20,000 nt of DNA from Xylographa opegraphella. Its lineage: Eukaryota. The DNA is taken from the NCBI GenBank assembly GCA_022813865.1, contig JALDZX010000031.1, forward strand, positions 237,576 through 257,575, read 5' to 3'. Positions 9,492 through 20,000 of the stretch are shown here, one piece after another. Every line of letters starts with the position of its first letter. The first letter of the stretch is position 1. The position numbers were made by a program, and so were the translations under genes. The notes beneath the pieces are model-generated. The model made no database searches. It worked only from the letters and a program-made list of their open reading frames with translations, and was not told where the DNA came from.

Positions 9492-10826
9492 ATGGATATT
9501 CCGAAGGTGGTACACAGCATTGTCCTGGATGCGTCGCCCCTGCTTGTCAACGAACCGTCCATCTCAACGCTTTTGGCAAGGGCAGAAAAACTTTATACCA
9601 TCCCACAAGTCATCACAGAAATAAGGGACAGAGATGCACGAGCTCGCCTGGAAGCCACAGTGCTGCCTTTTCTCACAGTTCGAAGTCCTCGTCCTGCAAG
9701 TGTCACAGTCATCCTCGATTTCGCACGCAGGACTGGTGATTTAGCTGTCCTGAGCAGTCCTGATATACATGTTATTGCATTAGCATATGAGCTTGAATGT
9801 GAGTTGAACCATGGGAACTGGAGACTACGCAAGGTACCAGGCCAAAAGCGCGTAAATGGTCCTCCACCCGACATAATATCCGAGATTTCACCAGATTCTC
9901 CAACGCCCGTCCCAGCAACGAAAAATTCGATATCCAATGCTGCAGATCCTCTAGATCCCTCTGCGCAGTCGGCCTTGGAGAACCCTTCAGACAACTGTGC
10001 TGCAAATCGGTCTGGCGTGCAATCCTTACTTCTCATATCAAAATCTGACTCATCCAATATCTCCTCCCTGGAGCGAGCCGCCCAGGATCTTCACCTTGAG
10101 AGTTTGGAGGATGGAGTTTTTTCACACAAAACAGTTGATGATGTGCAACCAGCCGAAGAAGCTCCAATTTCTGAAGGGGACGAATCGGACTCAGGTGGCT
10201 GGATCACTCCTTCGAATATCAAGAAACTACAGATAGGAGACCAGTACTCAGCTCCAGCTACAGCACCCAAGAGAGGGAAGATGCAAGTTGCCACTATCAC
10301 GAATGATTTTGCGATGCAAAATGTTCTGCTGCAGATGAATCTGAATCTACTCTCAAGATCAATGCTACGAGTACGACAACTCAAAACCCATATTCTACGT
10401 TGTCATGCCTGCTTCGAAAAGACCAAGGACATGACGAAGCAATTCTGTCCGCGTTGCGGCAAACCCACCTTGACCAGGGTTTCCTGCTCTACGAATGCAA
10501 ACGGCGAATTCCAGATTCATCTCAAGAAGAACGTCCAATGGAATCATCGAGGGGACCGTTACAGTATCCCCAAACCAGTCTCTAACAACTCTAATGGGAA
10601 GGTCGGGACCGGGAAGGGGGGCGGGAAAGGAGGTTGGGGTCAGGAGCTGATTCTATCAGAAGACCAAAAGGAATACCAACGGGCTATGACGGGACGAAAC
10701 AGAAAGAAGGAGAGAAACCTTATGGACGATGATTACCTGCCTGGCATCTTGACGGGCGAGCGCAACAGAGCCGGTGGAAGACCAAAAGTGGGAGCAGGGA
10801 GGAATGTTAATTCAAAGAAGCGATAG
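9492..10826 (+). CDS. NOB1: 20S pre-rRNA D-site endonuclease Nob1
   Basis: PIN domain (IVLDASPLL; VITEIRD; FARRTGDLAVLSSPDIHVIALAYELE), acidic linker with GWITPSN, TNDFAMQNVLLQMNL, and zinc ribbon CHAC...FCPRCG. Single exon. Confidence 0.97.
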   Translation: MDIPKVVHSIVLDASPLLVNEPSISTLLARAEKLYTIPQVITEIRDRDARARLEATVLPFLTVRSPRPASVTVILDFARRTGDLAVLSSPDIHVIALAYELECELNHGNWRLRKVPGQKRVNGPPPDIISEISPDSPTPVPATKNSISNAADPLDPSAQSALENPSDNCAANRSGVQSLLLISKSDSSNISSLERAAQDLHLESLEDGVFSHKTVDDVQPAEEAPISEGDESDSGGWITPSNIKKLQIGDQYSAPATAPKRGKMQVATITNDFAMQNVLLQMNLNLLSRSMLRVRQLKTHILRCHACFEKTKDMTKQFCPRCGKPTLTRVSCSTNANGEFQIHLKKNVQWNHRGDRYSIPKPVSNNSNGKVGTGKGGGKGGWGQELILSEDQKEYQRAMTGRNRKKERNLMDDDYLPGILTGERNRAGGRPKVGAGRNVNSKKR

Positions 10827-10941
10827 ACCGATATAGTATATTTCGACTCAATCGCTATTGTTCTAATGTTAGAATATTCATTCGTTCCCTTCCTCCCAGT
10901 TCAATTATATGCCGGAACTCCCCAACTGCAAAGTTCCTGAC

Positions 10942-11256
10942 CTATTGCCCCAAGACCTTCTCATTCTCTATGAAGTACGTCAGAATTAGTAGTCATAAAT
11001 AGCCACCTTCCCTGCATGTACCCACTTTGCTGTATTATCAATAGGCCATATCGCTTTTTCAGCGTCACTCGATGCCTGTGAAACCCTGTCAGCTAACCCC
11101 TGAGGAACGCCTTCGTCACAGTAGCTCGTACCTCGAATACTTGTCATCTGGCGAGAAGCGTGCTGGATGGGCGGATTTCGTCACTTCGCTGCCTTGGACT
11201 TTCTTCAAGGTGTATGTGCGCTTGCCGTCCGCATTGAGGGTATACATGAGATGCAT
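10942..11256 (-). CDS. NOP10: H/ACA snoRNP subunit Nop10; exons 11256-11132, 11075-11026, 10967-10942
   Basis: [66 protein letters not shown]. Intron 11131-11076 has a GCTGAC branch. The donor of intron 2 (GTGGGT at 11025, or GTACAT 4 nt further on) is uncertain and affects only the last few residues. Confidence 0.95.
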
Positions 11257-11407
11257 GTTCGATGGTTTCGGCCAATGATCGAGGAGGCCACAGAGCTGGA
11301 TCACACCTGGACCGAATTTGAAGAGGGCGCGATTGAGCAAGTCGAAGGTCGATTTCGGCGTATGAGGTTCAAAAGTTTCCGCGCCGTGTTTGATAGGGCT
11401 GTGCGAG

Positions 11408-11437
11408 CTCTTGGCAAACTCTTGGCAAACTCTTGGC
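11408..11437. repeat. Tandem 11-mer CTCTTGGCAAA x2.7 in the NOP10/SEN2 divergent intergenic region
   Basis: Read directly: ctcttggcaaa ctcttggcaaa ctcttggc. Confidence 0.9.
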
Positions 11438-11805
11438 GTTTCAACCGAAATTTCAACTCACTTCCCATCAAATCTCTCATCTCGTGATGAAATCTTGAGG
11501 TTGAGTTCAAACCGTATAATGATATAGCAATAAGTAAGTGCGGTCCGTCTCATTAGTGTTATTTGTGTTTCTGCGGTGATGACACCAATAGATACCTAGA
11601 AGAGTGGCTCTGACTTTATGTTATTCGTCTATGTTGGTTCTATATTCTCTCACGAGAAGACTACAACGGTATCTGAGCAGCATTCTTGTTGAATAGTTCT
11701 CATCGAAAGATGGACCCAGGCGATCGCTAATTGCTTTCTCTGCAGATGTATGGAGCACAATTTTAGAAAGTTCAGATACCGTCCGTGTAACTATTCTTCT
11801 TGCTC

Positions 11806-13161
11806 ATGTCACATATCACACCCGATGAGGGCTCTGTGAATATAGCTGGAATACGCTCCAAGGCAATTACACAGAGCCGGCCTAATCGGCCTAATTACAA
11901 TGTTCTTCATGCCTTGCCTTTACCTCTCAGCATATATTCGTTGCCACCACTAATTCTCCACAACCCACTTTCCGTTGTATATTTTGCATATACCTACCTG
12001 TATCAGCTGATAGTTCCGCTCTCTTCCCATCGCAAGACTAAAGTGAAAGCCCACTTCTCTTCTGAAACCCGGTCTGTGCATGTCACCGACCAAAATGCTG
12101 CTCGTCTACTTTGGGAAAGTGGATTCTTTGGTAAGGGAAACTTGAGCAGGAGTGAGCCTAGCTGGCTTGATAGAGAGATGAGGCGAAAGGGCATCATTGT
12201 TGGGGAGACAAGTGAGGAGATTACAAGGCGAAGGCGAGAGGAGAGAAGGGAATTCAAGAAGGAGAGAGCGAGAAAAGAGCGAGAGACAATCGAGAGTTTA
12301 CTGAAAGAGGAGAAGATTCCAATGACTGAAGATCCTCTGGTACAGTCAATAGGTGTGTCTAAGTTTCCCAAGGATCAATCAGAGCTTTCAGGCACAGCAA
12401 AGGATACCGACGACCAGGTCATGTCCAATGATGCCTTCCATGATTCGTGTAATCCTGCCAAGGCCGTAGTGTCTATGACGGACGTGACCAAAATACCGTT
12501 GTCAGACCCAGGGAAAAATCATGCTGAGGTCGAAGCCGATCAGAACACGTACATTGAAAATCAAGAACATCTACAATTGACCTTTGAAGAGGCTTTTTTT
12601 CTTACATATGGGCTCGGTATCCTCGAGGTTGAAAACATGGAGAGCACAGAACCTGTGACAACACATGCACTATTGACGTTATTCAGAGTGAGCTCCTACT
12701 TTCCGTCATGTGCAACATCCGATCTTCGATCCGATGATCCTTTTTTGCTATCCTATGTTGTGTACCACCACTTCAGGTCCTTAGGCTGGGTGGTACGCTC
12801 TGGAGTCAAATTTGCTGTGGATTACCTGCTTTACAATCGTGGGCCGGTCTTTTCACATGCGGAATTTGCTGTGATGGTTCTACCATCCTATCGTCATCCG
12901 TATTGGCGGGAGACTACAGACAGAGCCATGCATGCCGATAGAAAGGAAAGCAAAAGCTGGTGGTGGTTACACTGCGTCAATCGCGTTCAAAGCCAAGTGA
13001 AAAAGAGCCTTGTTCTTGCGTACGTGGAAATCCCGCCACCACGAACGACAGTGGTCGATGATTATGCTCATAGCCAACCCGATATTAGCCAGATGCTCAA
13101 ATCATATCGAGTCAGAGAACTGATTGTTAAGCGCTGGATCCCCAACCGAAGCAGGGACTGA
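11806..13161 (+). CDS. SEN2: tRNA-splicing endonuclease catalytic subunit Sen2
   Basis: LWESGFFGKGNLSRSEPSW, EHLQLTFEEAFFL, YVVYHHFRSLGWVVRSGVKFAVDYLLYNRGPVFSHAEF (catalytic Tyr/His region), RVQSQVKKSLVL and terminal RWIPNRSRD. First ATG is at 11806; the track starts at the TTG at 11800. Confidence 0.96.
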   Translation: MSHITPDEGSVNIAGIRSKAITQSRPNRPNYNVLHALPLPLSIYSLPPLILHNPLSVVYFAYTYLYQLIVPLSSHRKTKVKAHFSSETRSVHVTDQNAARLLWESGFFGKGNLSRSEPSWLDREMRRKGIIVGETSEEITRRRREERREFKKERARKERETIESLLKEEKIPMTEDPLVQSIGVSKFPKDQSELSGTAKDTDDQVMSNDAFHDSCNPAKAVVSMTDVTKIPLSDPGKNHAEVEADQNTYIENQEHLQLTFEEAFFLTYGLGILEVENMESTEPVTTHALLTLFRVSSYFPSCATSDLRSDDPFLLSYVVYHHFRSLGWVVRSGVKFAVDYLLYNRGPVFSHAEFAVMVLPSYRHPYWRETTDRAMHADRKESKSWWWLHCVNRVQSQVKKSLVLAYVEIPPPRTTVVDDYAHSQPDISQMLKSYRVRELIVKRWIPNRSRD

Positions 13162-13557
13162 ATTCTGCACTGGAGGATCTTATCTGCTGGGAAATCGCTC
13201 ATTCAACGTCCGACATAATGTCAGTATCGCATATCTATCAGCGAGGTCTATTCCGTCGAAGGTGTTATACTTTTCCACATCTTACTTATTGGTAAGTCGA
13301 GATCATAATCTCTCATGCATGTCAGAGGCCCTGACCAAAGCTGTTGTGAATAGTCAACCCAGTGAGGGAATATCATCAACGATCTGGAGCAGAGAAATCG
13401 AGCTGTTACAATTTCGATAATGGTATAACGATGAGCATGCGATTAAGTCAGTCAGCTGTACTTCGGATCACGTATTCCTTCAATCCATATATCAATCGGA
13501 ACTCCATGACATATTATTACCTGGTGTAATTCTCGTTTAAAGTGGGGGACCGTGCGC

Positions 13558-13584
13558 ACGCGATCCATCCGTAGCGTGTCGCGT
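13558..13584. promoter_or_regulatory. Two inverted MCB-like (ACGCGA) elements upstream of RAD9
   Basis: ACGCGA at 13558-13563 and TCGCGT at 13579-13584, about 100-120 bp upstream of the ATG. Consistent with MBF-type regulation of DNA-damage genes; function is inferred. Confidence 0.4.
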
Positions 13585-13679
13585 AGCCGTGACATTTCCT
13601 ACACTTGATATTAGTTAGAAGATGTAGTCCCGTAGCCGCCACTTGTAAGAGGAACCATATTCAAGTTGGTGTTACCGAT

Positions 13680-16600
13680 ATGGCGGAGGAGGTGGACAGT
13701 CTGGAGATATCGCAGCTGAAGGCTATGGTTTTGGCGTACAATAATGAGGTGAGTGTTCTTACCGACCCCTGTTCACGACAAGGCCTGTCACTCGGGTATG
13801 CACAGCGCTGACGCCACCTTCCCTGCGGTCACAGACAATGCCTGGCGCGTCCGCTCTACTATCGTCTTCTAAGGCAAATAATGTGACAAGAAAGTCACTA
13901 CGCGCACCTCTGCAGAAAGCCAAGTATCAGAAAACAATTTTCGCTCCACAGACGCGCTCACCACCACGGTCCAGCAAAACAGCCGGTGATGAGGCCCCCA
14001 TATTCTCGGCCTCCCAACCCGAATTGCCCACTACGATACCAGAGTCTGTGGGAGCAGTGAGAATGTCACTGGGAAGTGGAAAAAGTGGGGACACACAGCC
14101 GTTATCACAGTCTATCTATGAGGGATTAGAGCTCGCTTTTAAAGGACCCGGTGGTAGCAATGGCAGCGCGTTTCACAAGCCTAACGCCATACTATTTCCT
14201 GGCAGCCATATTCAGACCGGCCCACTTGATCTCGTTGGCCTGTTTGAACAGCCCAGTGCCACTGCCGATGACGATACCAAGGATCACAATGACGAAGACA
14301 TCTTGGCCGTTTCACAGATGGAAGTTTGTGCTGAGCTATATCCCGAAGCCAAGCGCTTTCAGCTCCCAGAAACCCCTGCTGCGAAGGGCAAGAAACGCAA
14401 CCATCAGGGTGACATAATTCATCCCGCAGTTGATACACCTATGTTACCAGTAAATCCATTCGCCAATCACACCAAGGCGGACGTCGGAGTAATGGGTCTC
14501 AGCCAGGTATTCCAGGCCACTCAGGCTCCTTCGTCACCATTCGTAGGCCAGCTTGCCTCAGACGCAACATCAGACAGGCCATCACCCGATATGCATAGCA
14601 TTCAACGGCCTTCCACTGCTCTTCCACATTCTTCGCCGGCGAAACTTGAACGTCAAGGATTGCATCGCGCTGTGACGGAGCCCCATCAAAACTATATATC
14701 GCGAGAAGAATCACAAGCGGAGAGAGAAAGACGGCTGCGCTTGCAGCCTACATCCTCACCCGTGGGCACCAGGAAGCATTTTCAGGACAGTTCAGATGAT
14801 GAATTTGGGCCCGAACAAAGTCAACTTCTCCGAAGGATTAATCGAAGAAAGATTGAATTAGAAGCGAGCCATCGGTTTGACACAGTGCGAGCTAAGCCGC
14901 GACCAGGCACAAGTAGTGGAGGATCCGCACTCAATAAGCGTCCCATCGATCGCTCAGGCCCGATACACACATGGGAAACAAGGAAATCGACGAATAATAC
15001 AGTTCTGATCTCGGATGATCCTCAGCCAGTCGAATTGGATGTGCGTGATTCCGAGGACGAGACAGAACGTGAGGAGAACTCTGAAACTCCCGAAATCGAA
15101 CTCCCTGACGAGCTGGCTGAGGATGATAAGGAGAATATTGAAGCTCGACGAGTTCAAGTGCCAATGACAACATCGAGGACATCCAGGAACTATTACACTA
15201 ATCTCTCTGCCCAATCGAGCCCCTTGAAACACAGACCGAGATCCGTAACTGTTCAAGATGAGGTGGATGAACTTGCTTCTGACGATATCCGCTGTGAAGC
15301 ACTCACACCCCACAACGCTGCTACATTTGCTGTCACTCTGCAAAGTATTGCAGTGGCCGACTCACAACCTTCACCATCCATGAGTAAGTTAGAGCACGAT
15401 AATATGGCGGCTAGGCACGAGCCCAATGAGCATATTTTATCCACAGATACCGGAGCATTTGTTCCTCAGTCTCAAGTACGCCCGCTTCCGCACACTTCCC
15501 AAATTGACTCATCGATGGCTCGACACTTTCTCAACGGCTCATCAGTTCCATCCAACCCTACAGCTACCCCCAGCCGGACCTGCAGCAGCCCCAGGATTTT
15601 ACAAAACTCCTCACCATCTAAGCAGATCAAGCGAAGAAAATCAGGACTGTGGTCTGGAAGTCCAAACATTAGAAAAGGTTGTATTGGGTCAAGCCAGCTG
15701 GCGAGCAGCCCGCCAGACATTCCGAACCTGGAAAAAAGGGCCCTGCTTCCAGAACACATTGTCTCCAAATCTCAAGTTCCCCAGGGTCTCACTGGGGATG
15801 CTGATGTAGTAGGCTCACACAAGATAGCTGAGTCTTACGGATTGTCGAATAATTTGAATCAAGGATTGTCTCAGACACATCAGTCTGATTCACGATCGAG
15901 GAAAGAAAACACTGAATCGACACCCTATGGGAAAGGAACGCCAAGAAGTACAATTCCGGAGACAAGTTCGGTCGCTAGACCGACAGTAGTGTCGTCCAGG
16001 TCTCCGTCTATACGACGGACAAACATTCTGGAGAACTCCGAGTCAACTACTGCTCCTGCTGGTGTACAGCAAGGGACTGAAAAGCGGCACACGAGCAATC
16101 CTTCTACATTGTATGCAACTGCGCAGACAGATGTGTCGTCCCTAAACTCGCATGCGTCCTCTCAAAGACGATTTTCTGACCCAGCCAGATCCTTACAGAA
16201 GCCTATCAGTTCAAAGATAAAAAGTTTCGCAGATATCGCAGCAGATCCCTCCCCACCTGATGAGATCTGTATAGACGACATTGACATTGGCCCTATGACG
16301 GTCGAAGACATCGAATTCCAAGCATTGATGGAAGCTTCGAGCCCGATTCCTCCCAACAGAAAGCGAAGAAAATTTGTACTCGAGCGGAAAACTCGTGCTA
16401 GGAAGAATGCTGAAATCCACAAAGCGTCTGTGCAGGTTCCATCACCGGGCGGGCTGATGAGAGGCGCTGAGGTGGATATTGCCTCTGAAGTCCAAACAAC
16501 AGCCATGCCTATTTCTTTGTTGAAACCAACTGAGCCAAATGATGAATCAGATGTAGCACGCGATGATGTTGTCATCACTGATACTTCCGCAAGCTTGCCT

Positions 16601-18277
16601 GCGAACTTTGTCGTGGGAACTAAGGAGCAACCAGAAAGAACAATAACTGCACGGCCGCCCAAGAAGAAGTCTAATCTAAGGATACTCGAAAAAATCAAGG
16701 ATAAAGCCATTGAACCCCAAGAATTGCTGAAGTCACCTGTCGGTGAGGTGTTCGCAGCTGATACCTTCCTCGGAAGCCGTGAGGATATTGTTACCTCACC
16801 TAATCGTGTGCTTGCGATGTTTAAAGGAAGCTTTGCCGCGTATTATCCAGCGACATGTATCGGAGTTGTCGGGGTCGATAACTCAAAATACAGGATTCGC
16901 TTTGATGATGGATCTGTCGACCTGGTCAATGCGTCTCTCGTCAAAAGATTTGAGCTACGTGCTGGTGATTTGGTCAAGGTCGATAACCCTGGTGATCGAA
17001 GTCATACATACGTTGTTGTTCGCCTACTGAGTAAGCAAGAGTTTCCTGACGATCCAGCTGTTACAAGTTCAGACAGCCGTCCAACATTTCCCACACAACC
17101 TACCACCGATATGTATGGGCATTCAGACGTAGTGCTTTCCTTGAATCGACGGCAATCTGGATCATTTATGCAGTCCAGGGCTATCGAGCAGACCGTACCA
17201 TTGGCGAAAATCTATCTGCCTTCTACGTTGTGGACCTCGCTCAAGGATCGCATTTTCTCATACCATGCCTCTTCTACCAGCTCCAAATCTGGATTACAAA
17301 CGCCTTCTGAGCAAGCATCCACCCCCTCAACACCCTCATCGAGGACTCGCCGTCTTAAGGTTTCGGCTCGATCCTATTCCACCACATCTGCGCCAAGCTC
17401 GACCACTCGCAAAGCATCCGACCTATTTTACAACGTAGTCTTTGGGCTCACGAATATCGTAGATGGAGGCACCCGGCAGCAAACCATCGAGCACATCCAG
17501 ACCAATGGAGGTTTGTTGTTAGAAGATGGCTTTGACGAGCTATTTGATCTACCGTCAATAAGTACAGACTTACTCTCAGGTCAAGCGGATCCCCGCACGT
17601 CCACGTCGTTCCGCTTGAAAGCAACTCATCTCCAAAGAGGCTTCACGTGCCTTGTTGCAGACAAACACAGCCGCAATCAAAAGTTCTTCGAGGCTCTTGC
17701 TCTCGGAATTCCCTGCCTCGCAACTCGGTGGGTTCGTGATTGCATTGCCAAGCAGAAACTCCTCCCATGGGAGCCATACCTCCTGCCATCCGGGGAGTCA
17801 AGCTTCCTAGGAGCCGTGCGCGCGCGTTTACTGCCCTCGTACGCAACCTCATCGGCGCAATTATCCACGATCATATCCCATCGCCCCAACTTCCTTGCCG
17901 GATGTTCGGTCCTGCTCATTACCGGCAAGGGAGAAGAAGAGCAGAAGATGAAAGCATACCCGTTCATTGCGTATGCGCTCGGTGCAACCAAAGTCTTTAA
18001 AGTGGTGAGCCTCGGCGCTGCGCGGAAGCTTTTGGCGGCGGCAGCCGTGAGCGGTGAGGAGTGGGATTGGGTGTGCTATCACGAGAGGGAGAAGTCTAGC
18101 GAGGGAGTGGGGATACAAAAGGCGACGGCGGTCCCGTCTGGCGGCAGTGGCAAGGGGAGAAAACGGAAGCAGAGCGGTGGAGTGCCGGAGCAGACATTGG
18201 GTGGTAAGACGAAGGAGGTGATCGCGGAGTTCGTGATTCAGAGCCTGATTCTTGGGCAGCTGTTGGATGGCGAGTGA
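13680..18277 (+). CDS. RAD9: DNA damage checkpoint mediator Rad9/Crb2 (53BP1 family); exons 13680-13748, 13835-18277
   Basis: Long SQ/TQ- and SP/TP-rich low-complexity N-terminus (LSQVFQATQAPSSP), Tudor-like region (RVLAMFKGSFAAYYPATC...YRIRFDDG...FELRAGDLVKVD), and C-terminal tandem BRCT (FTCLVADKHSRNQKFFEALALGIPCLATRWVRDC; EFVIQSLILGQL). A short exon 1 (MAEEVDSLEISQLKAMVLAYNNE) joins in frame through GTGAGT...GCTGAC...CAG (13749-13834). Confidence 0.92.
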
Positions 18278-19128
18278 CTGGTTGGTATGATTGGATCGGA
18301 AGGCAGGATACAATTTTTTATTATTGGGAGACATGCCGCTTTCCATGACACGAAAGCGGACGGCTCATCACTCTAAAGAGTGAGTGCTAGAGTAATGTCC
18401 GTCCCTGGGTCGAGAGACACACTCCGTCGCGAGACGAATTCACTATTTAGGCACCTCAAGTCTCTCCCTCGGGACACCATAAAACAATGGTTAATATGAC
18501 TCTGTTCTACAACTATTCCCACAACTTATACTGGTATGCAGTAGGAAAAATACCGTAGTTTTGGTTATACTGTCGATCGTTCCATTCGCAGCGTCGATCG
18601 CTGATTTAGCTTTTTCCCTAGTTTTATAACCATTTTTTTGTTTTCGACTTTCGGAGCCATGTTATGACAGTCCGATCAAAAGAGAGTGTACTTCCAAGTT
18701 TTAAACACACTCTTCCGTTACGAACATGCATTCCGGGAGTTTCGCCGTATAGAAAGAAGCGCAAAACAGGCTCGTGTCTTGGCGTAAGGCTTTAATGTGC
18801 ATTAGCGTGTATCGCCACGCTTAAACGGTAACTTAATGTACTGAAACTGTATTATATCTGACACGATCCTGGAATCAAAGCGATTGTAGCGCACCTTAGT
18901 AGTTTTCTATATTTAATCTACCAGTCTCCATGTTAAGGTTCTCACCTTCACAGGGTAAGCTAGGCCCGGGAGGGGATAGCTTGGCCGGATCGCTCTTCCC
19001 CCAGCCGATGCCCCTGTTGTCACTAATGCCCTTGTGTGAGGGCATGGAGGGCATAGAGGGCACCCATGAACAGGACTTCTATATAGTGTGGAGGATTTCC
19101 TATGTTGTAGAAGGGCGTGTTCAACTCA

Positions 19129-19219
19129 TGTTATGATCTTAGACTACTAGGCTTNNNNNNNNNNNNNNNNNNNNNNNNNNNNNNNNNNNNNNNNNNNNNN
19201 NNNNNNNNNNNNNNNNNNN
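19129..19219. mobile_element. Nested LTR-type element, mostly hidden in the assembly gap; putative TSD ACTCA
   Basis: TGTTATGATC starts at 19129, directly after ACTCA (19124-19128). ACTCA recurs as the first five bases after the N-run (19220-19224). Confidence 0.65.
19155..19219. other. Assembly gap (65 N)
   Basis: Run of N; true length unknown. Confidence 0.99.
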
Positions 19220-19667
19220 ACTCATTGACGAATCCAACCCAGATCCCTAATCGAACTATACTAGTGAGAGGCAGGATCGTAACACTCCACCATTACGGAG
19301 TACAAAGCTAAACGCATGCTAAGTTTCCAGCAGTCCCTGTCTAAGATAGGTAAATTAAATCAGAATCACCCTGGATCGATGTAAAAACCGTATATAAAAA
19401 AGTAGTTACTTGCTTACTTAAGCCTCGCTGGGGCCTAAGCGACCCGCGAGGCAGTGCCTCGCAAGAACTATCGGCCCGCGGAGCGAGCCGATAACCCTCG
19501 CGCACTCAGGTTCTTTCCTCCTTAGCAGCAATTCATTCTTAAAACCCATACCTGCGAGCCTATTATGACGTAACTGCTTGACCACCTTTACAATCGAGTA
19601 TTACTGGCGGCTGTAGTTGATCTCAATTTTAAGGTTATACTAAATCCGTAGTCCGGTCAACAACGCC

Positions 19668-19894
19668 ATGGATCCGGGCACTATTCTCGCCATCGTCGAG
19701 CTTTCTGCTACCACTCTGTCCTGTATTGGAAAATACTATATGGGTGTCGAGAATGCGAGAGCAGATATCGAACGCCTTTTGAACGAAGTCGAAGGCTTTC
19801 ACGATATCTTGCAGAAAGTCCAAAAACTGGTTCAGAGCTCCTAGGCGACGAGGTTACTAATATCGACCTCGTTCACGAGCGTTATCAAGCAGTC
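19668..19894 (+). pseudogene. Disabled HeLo-like N-terminal domain typical of fungal NLR/STAND (NACHT) genes
   Basis: ATG in good context (caacgccATGG), reading MDPGTILAIVELSATTLSCIGKYYMGVENARADIERLLNEVEGFHDILQKVQKLVQSS*ATRLLISTSFTSVIKQS. This fits the MDPLS...V.NA..DI.RL..E...L..VL pattern of HeLo-like N-termini. In-frame TAG at 19842-19844, with further stops downstream. Confidence 0.75.
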
Positions 19895-20000
19895 TGTTAC
19901 GGCTCATCAACTCACCACGCAAGCACGCCTAGAACTTAAGCTTTAGGTGGACGATTTCAACCCAGATTAAGATGGAGAAGCGGTGAGGCTGCTCCATGGG
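19895..20000. mobile_element. Possible LTR start interrupting the HeLo-like pseudogene
   Basis: TGTTACGG at 19895 resembles the TGTTA termini of the two neighbouring elements, and the protein resemblance fades about here. The other end lies outside the window. Confidence 0.4.

Larger units (their letters stand above)
18931..19284. mobile_element. Solo LTR (~258 bp after removing the nested insertion and one TSD copy) with 5-bp target-site duplication CTCCA
   Basis: Begins TGTTAAG (18931) and ends CGTAACA (19284). Flanked on both sides by CTCCA (18926-18930 and 19285-19289). Contains TATATA near 19080 and short GAGGGCA repeats near 19038-19063. Confidence 0.8.

Noticed and set aside
13838..18346. 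Many antisense or alternative-frame ORFs over RAD9 (and over NOB1, SEN2, APM1, RTT109)
   Set aside because: Shadows of the real coding frames with no recognisable motifs.
18360..18370. ACGGCTCATCA, also present at 19899-19909
   Set aside because: An 11-bp match that does not extend convincingly; compatible with chance.
18930..19311. Short track ORFs 18930-19136 and 19117-19311
   Set aside because: They lie within the LTR sequence or span the N-gap and have no protein motifs.

Overview
Gene-dense window from a filamentous ascomycete (Pezizomycotina). The assignment is inferred from short GT-AG introns with CTRAC/CTRAT branch sites and from the protein families present. Left to right: RTT109 (minus strand, runs off the window and is absent from the ORF track), MRPL15, APM1 (AP-1 mu), an intron-containing gene of unknown function, about 2.8 kb without a recognisable ORF, NOB1, NOP10, SEN2 and RAD9/Crb2. 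The last ~1.7 kb is accessory: a solo LTR with a 5-bp TSD, a second LTR-type element nested in it and mostly hidden in the assembly gap, and a disabled HeLo-like (fungal NLR-type N-terminus) gene that may be cut by a third LTR. The best novelty candidate is the long, apparently structured last intron of APM1, which has an H/ACA-snoRNA-like layout. I found no convincing new multi-gene system. All family calls come from motif recognition by eye, not database searches.
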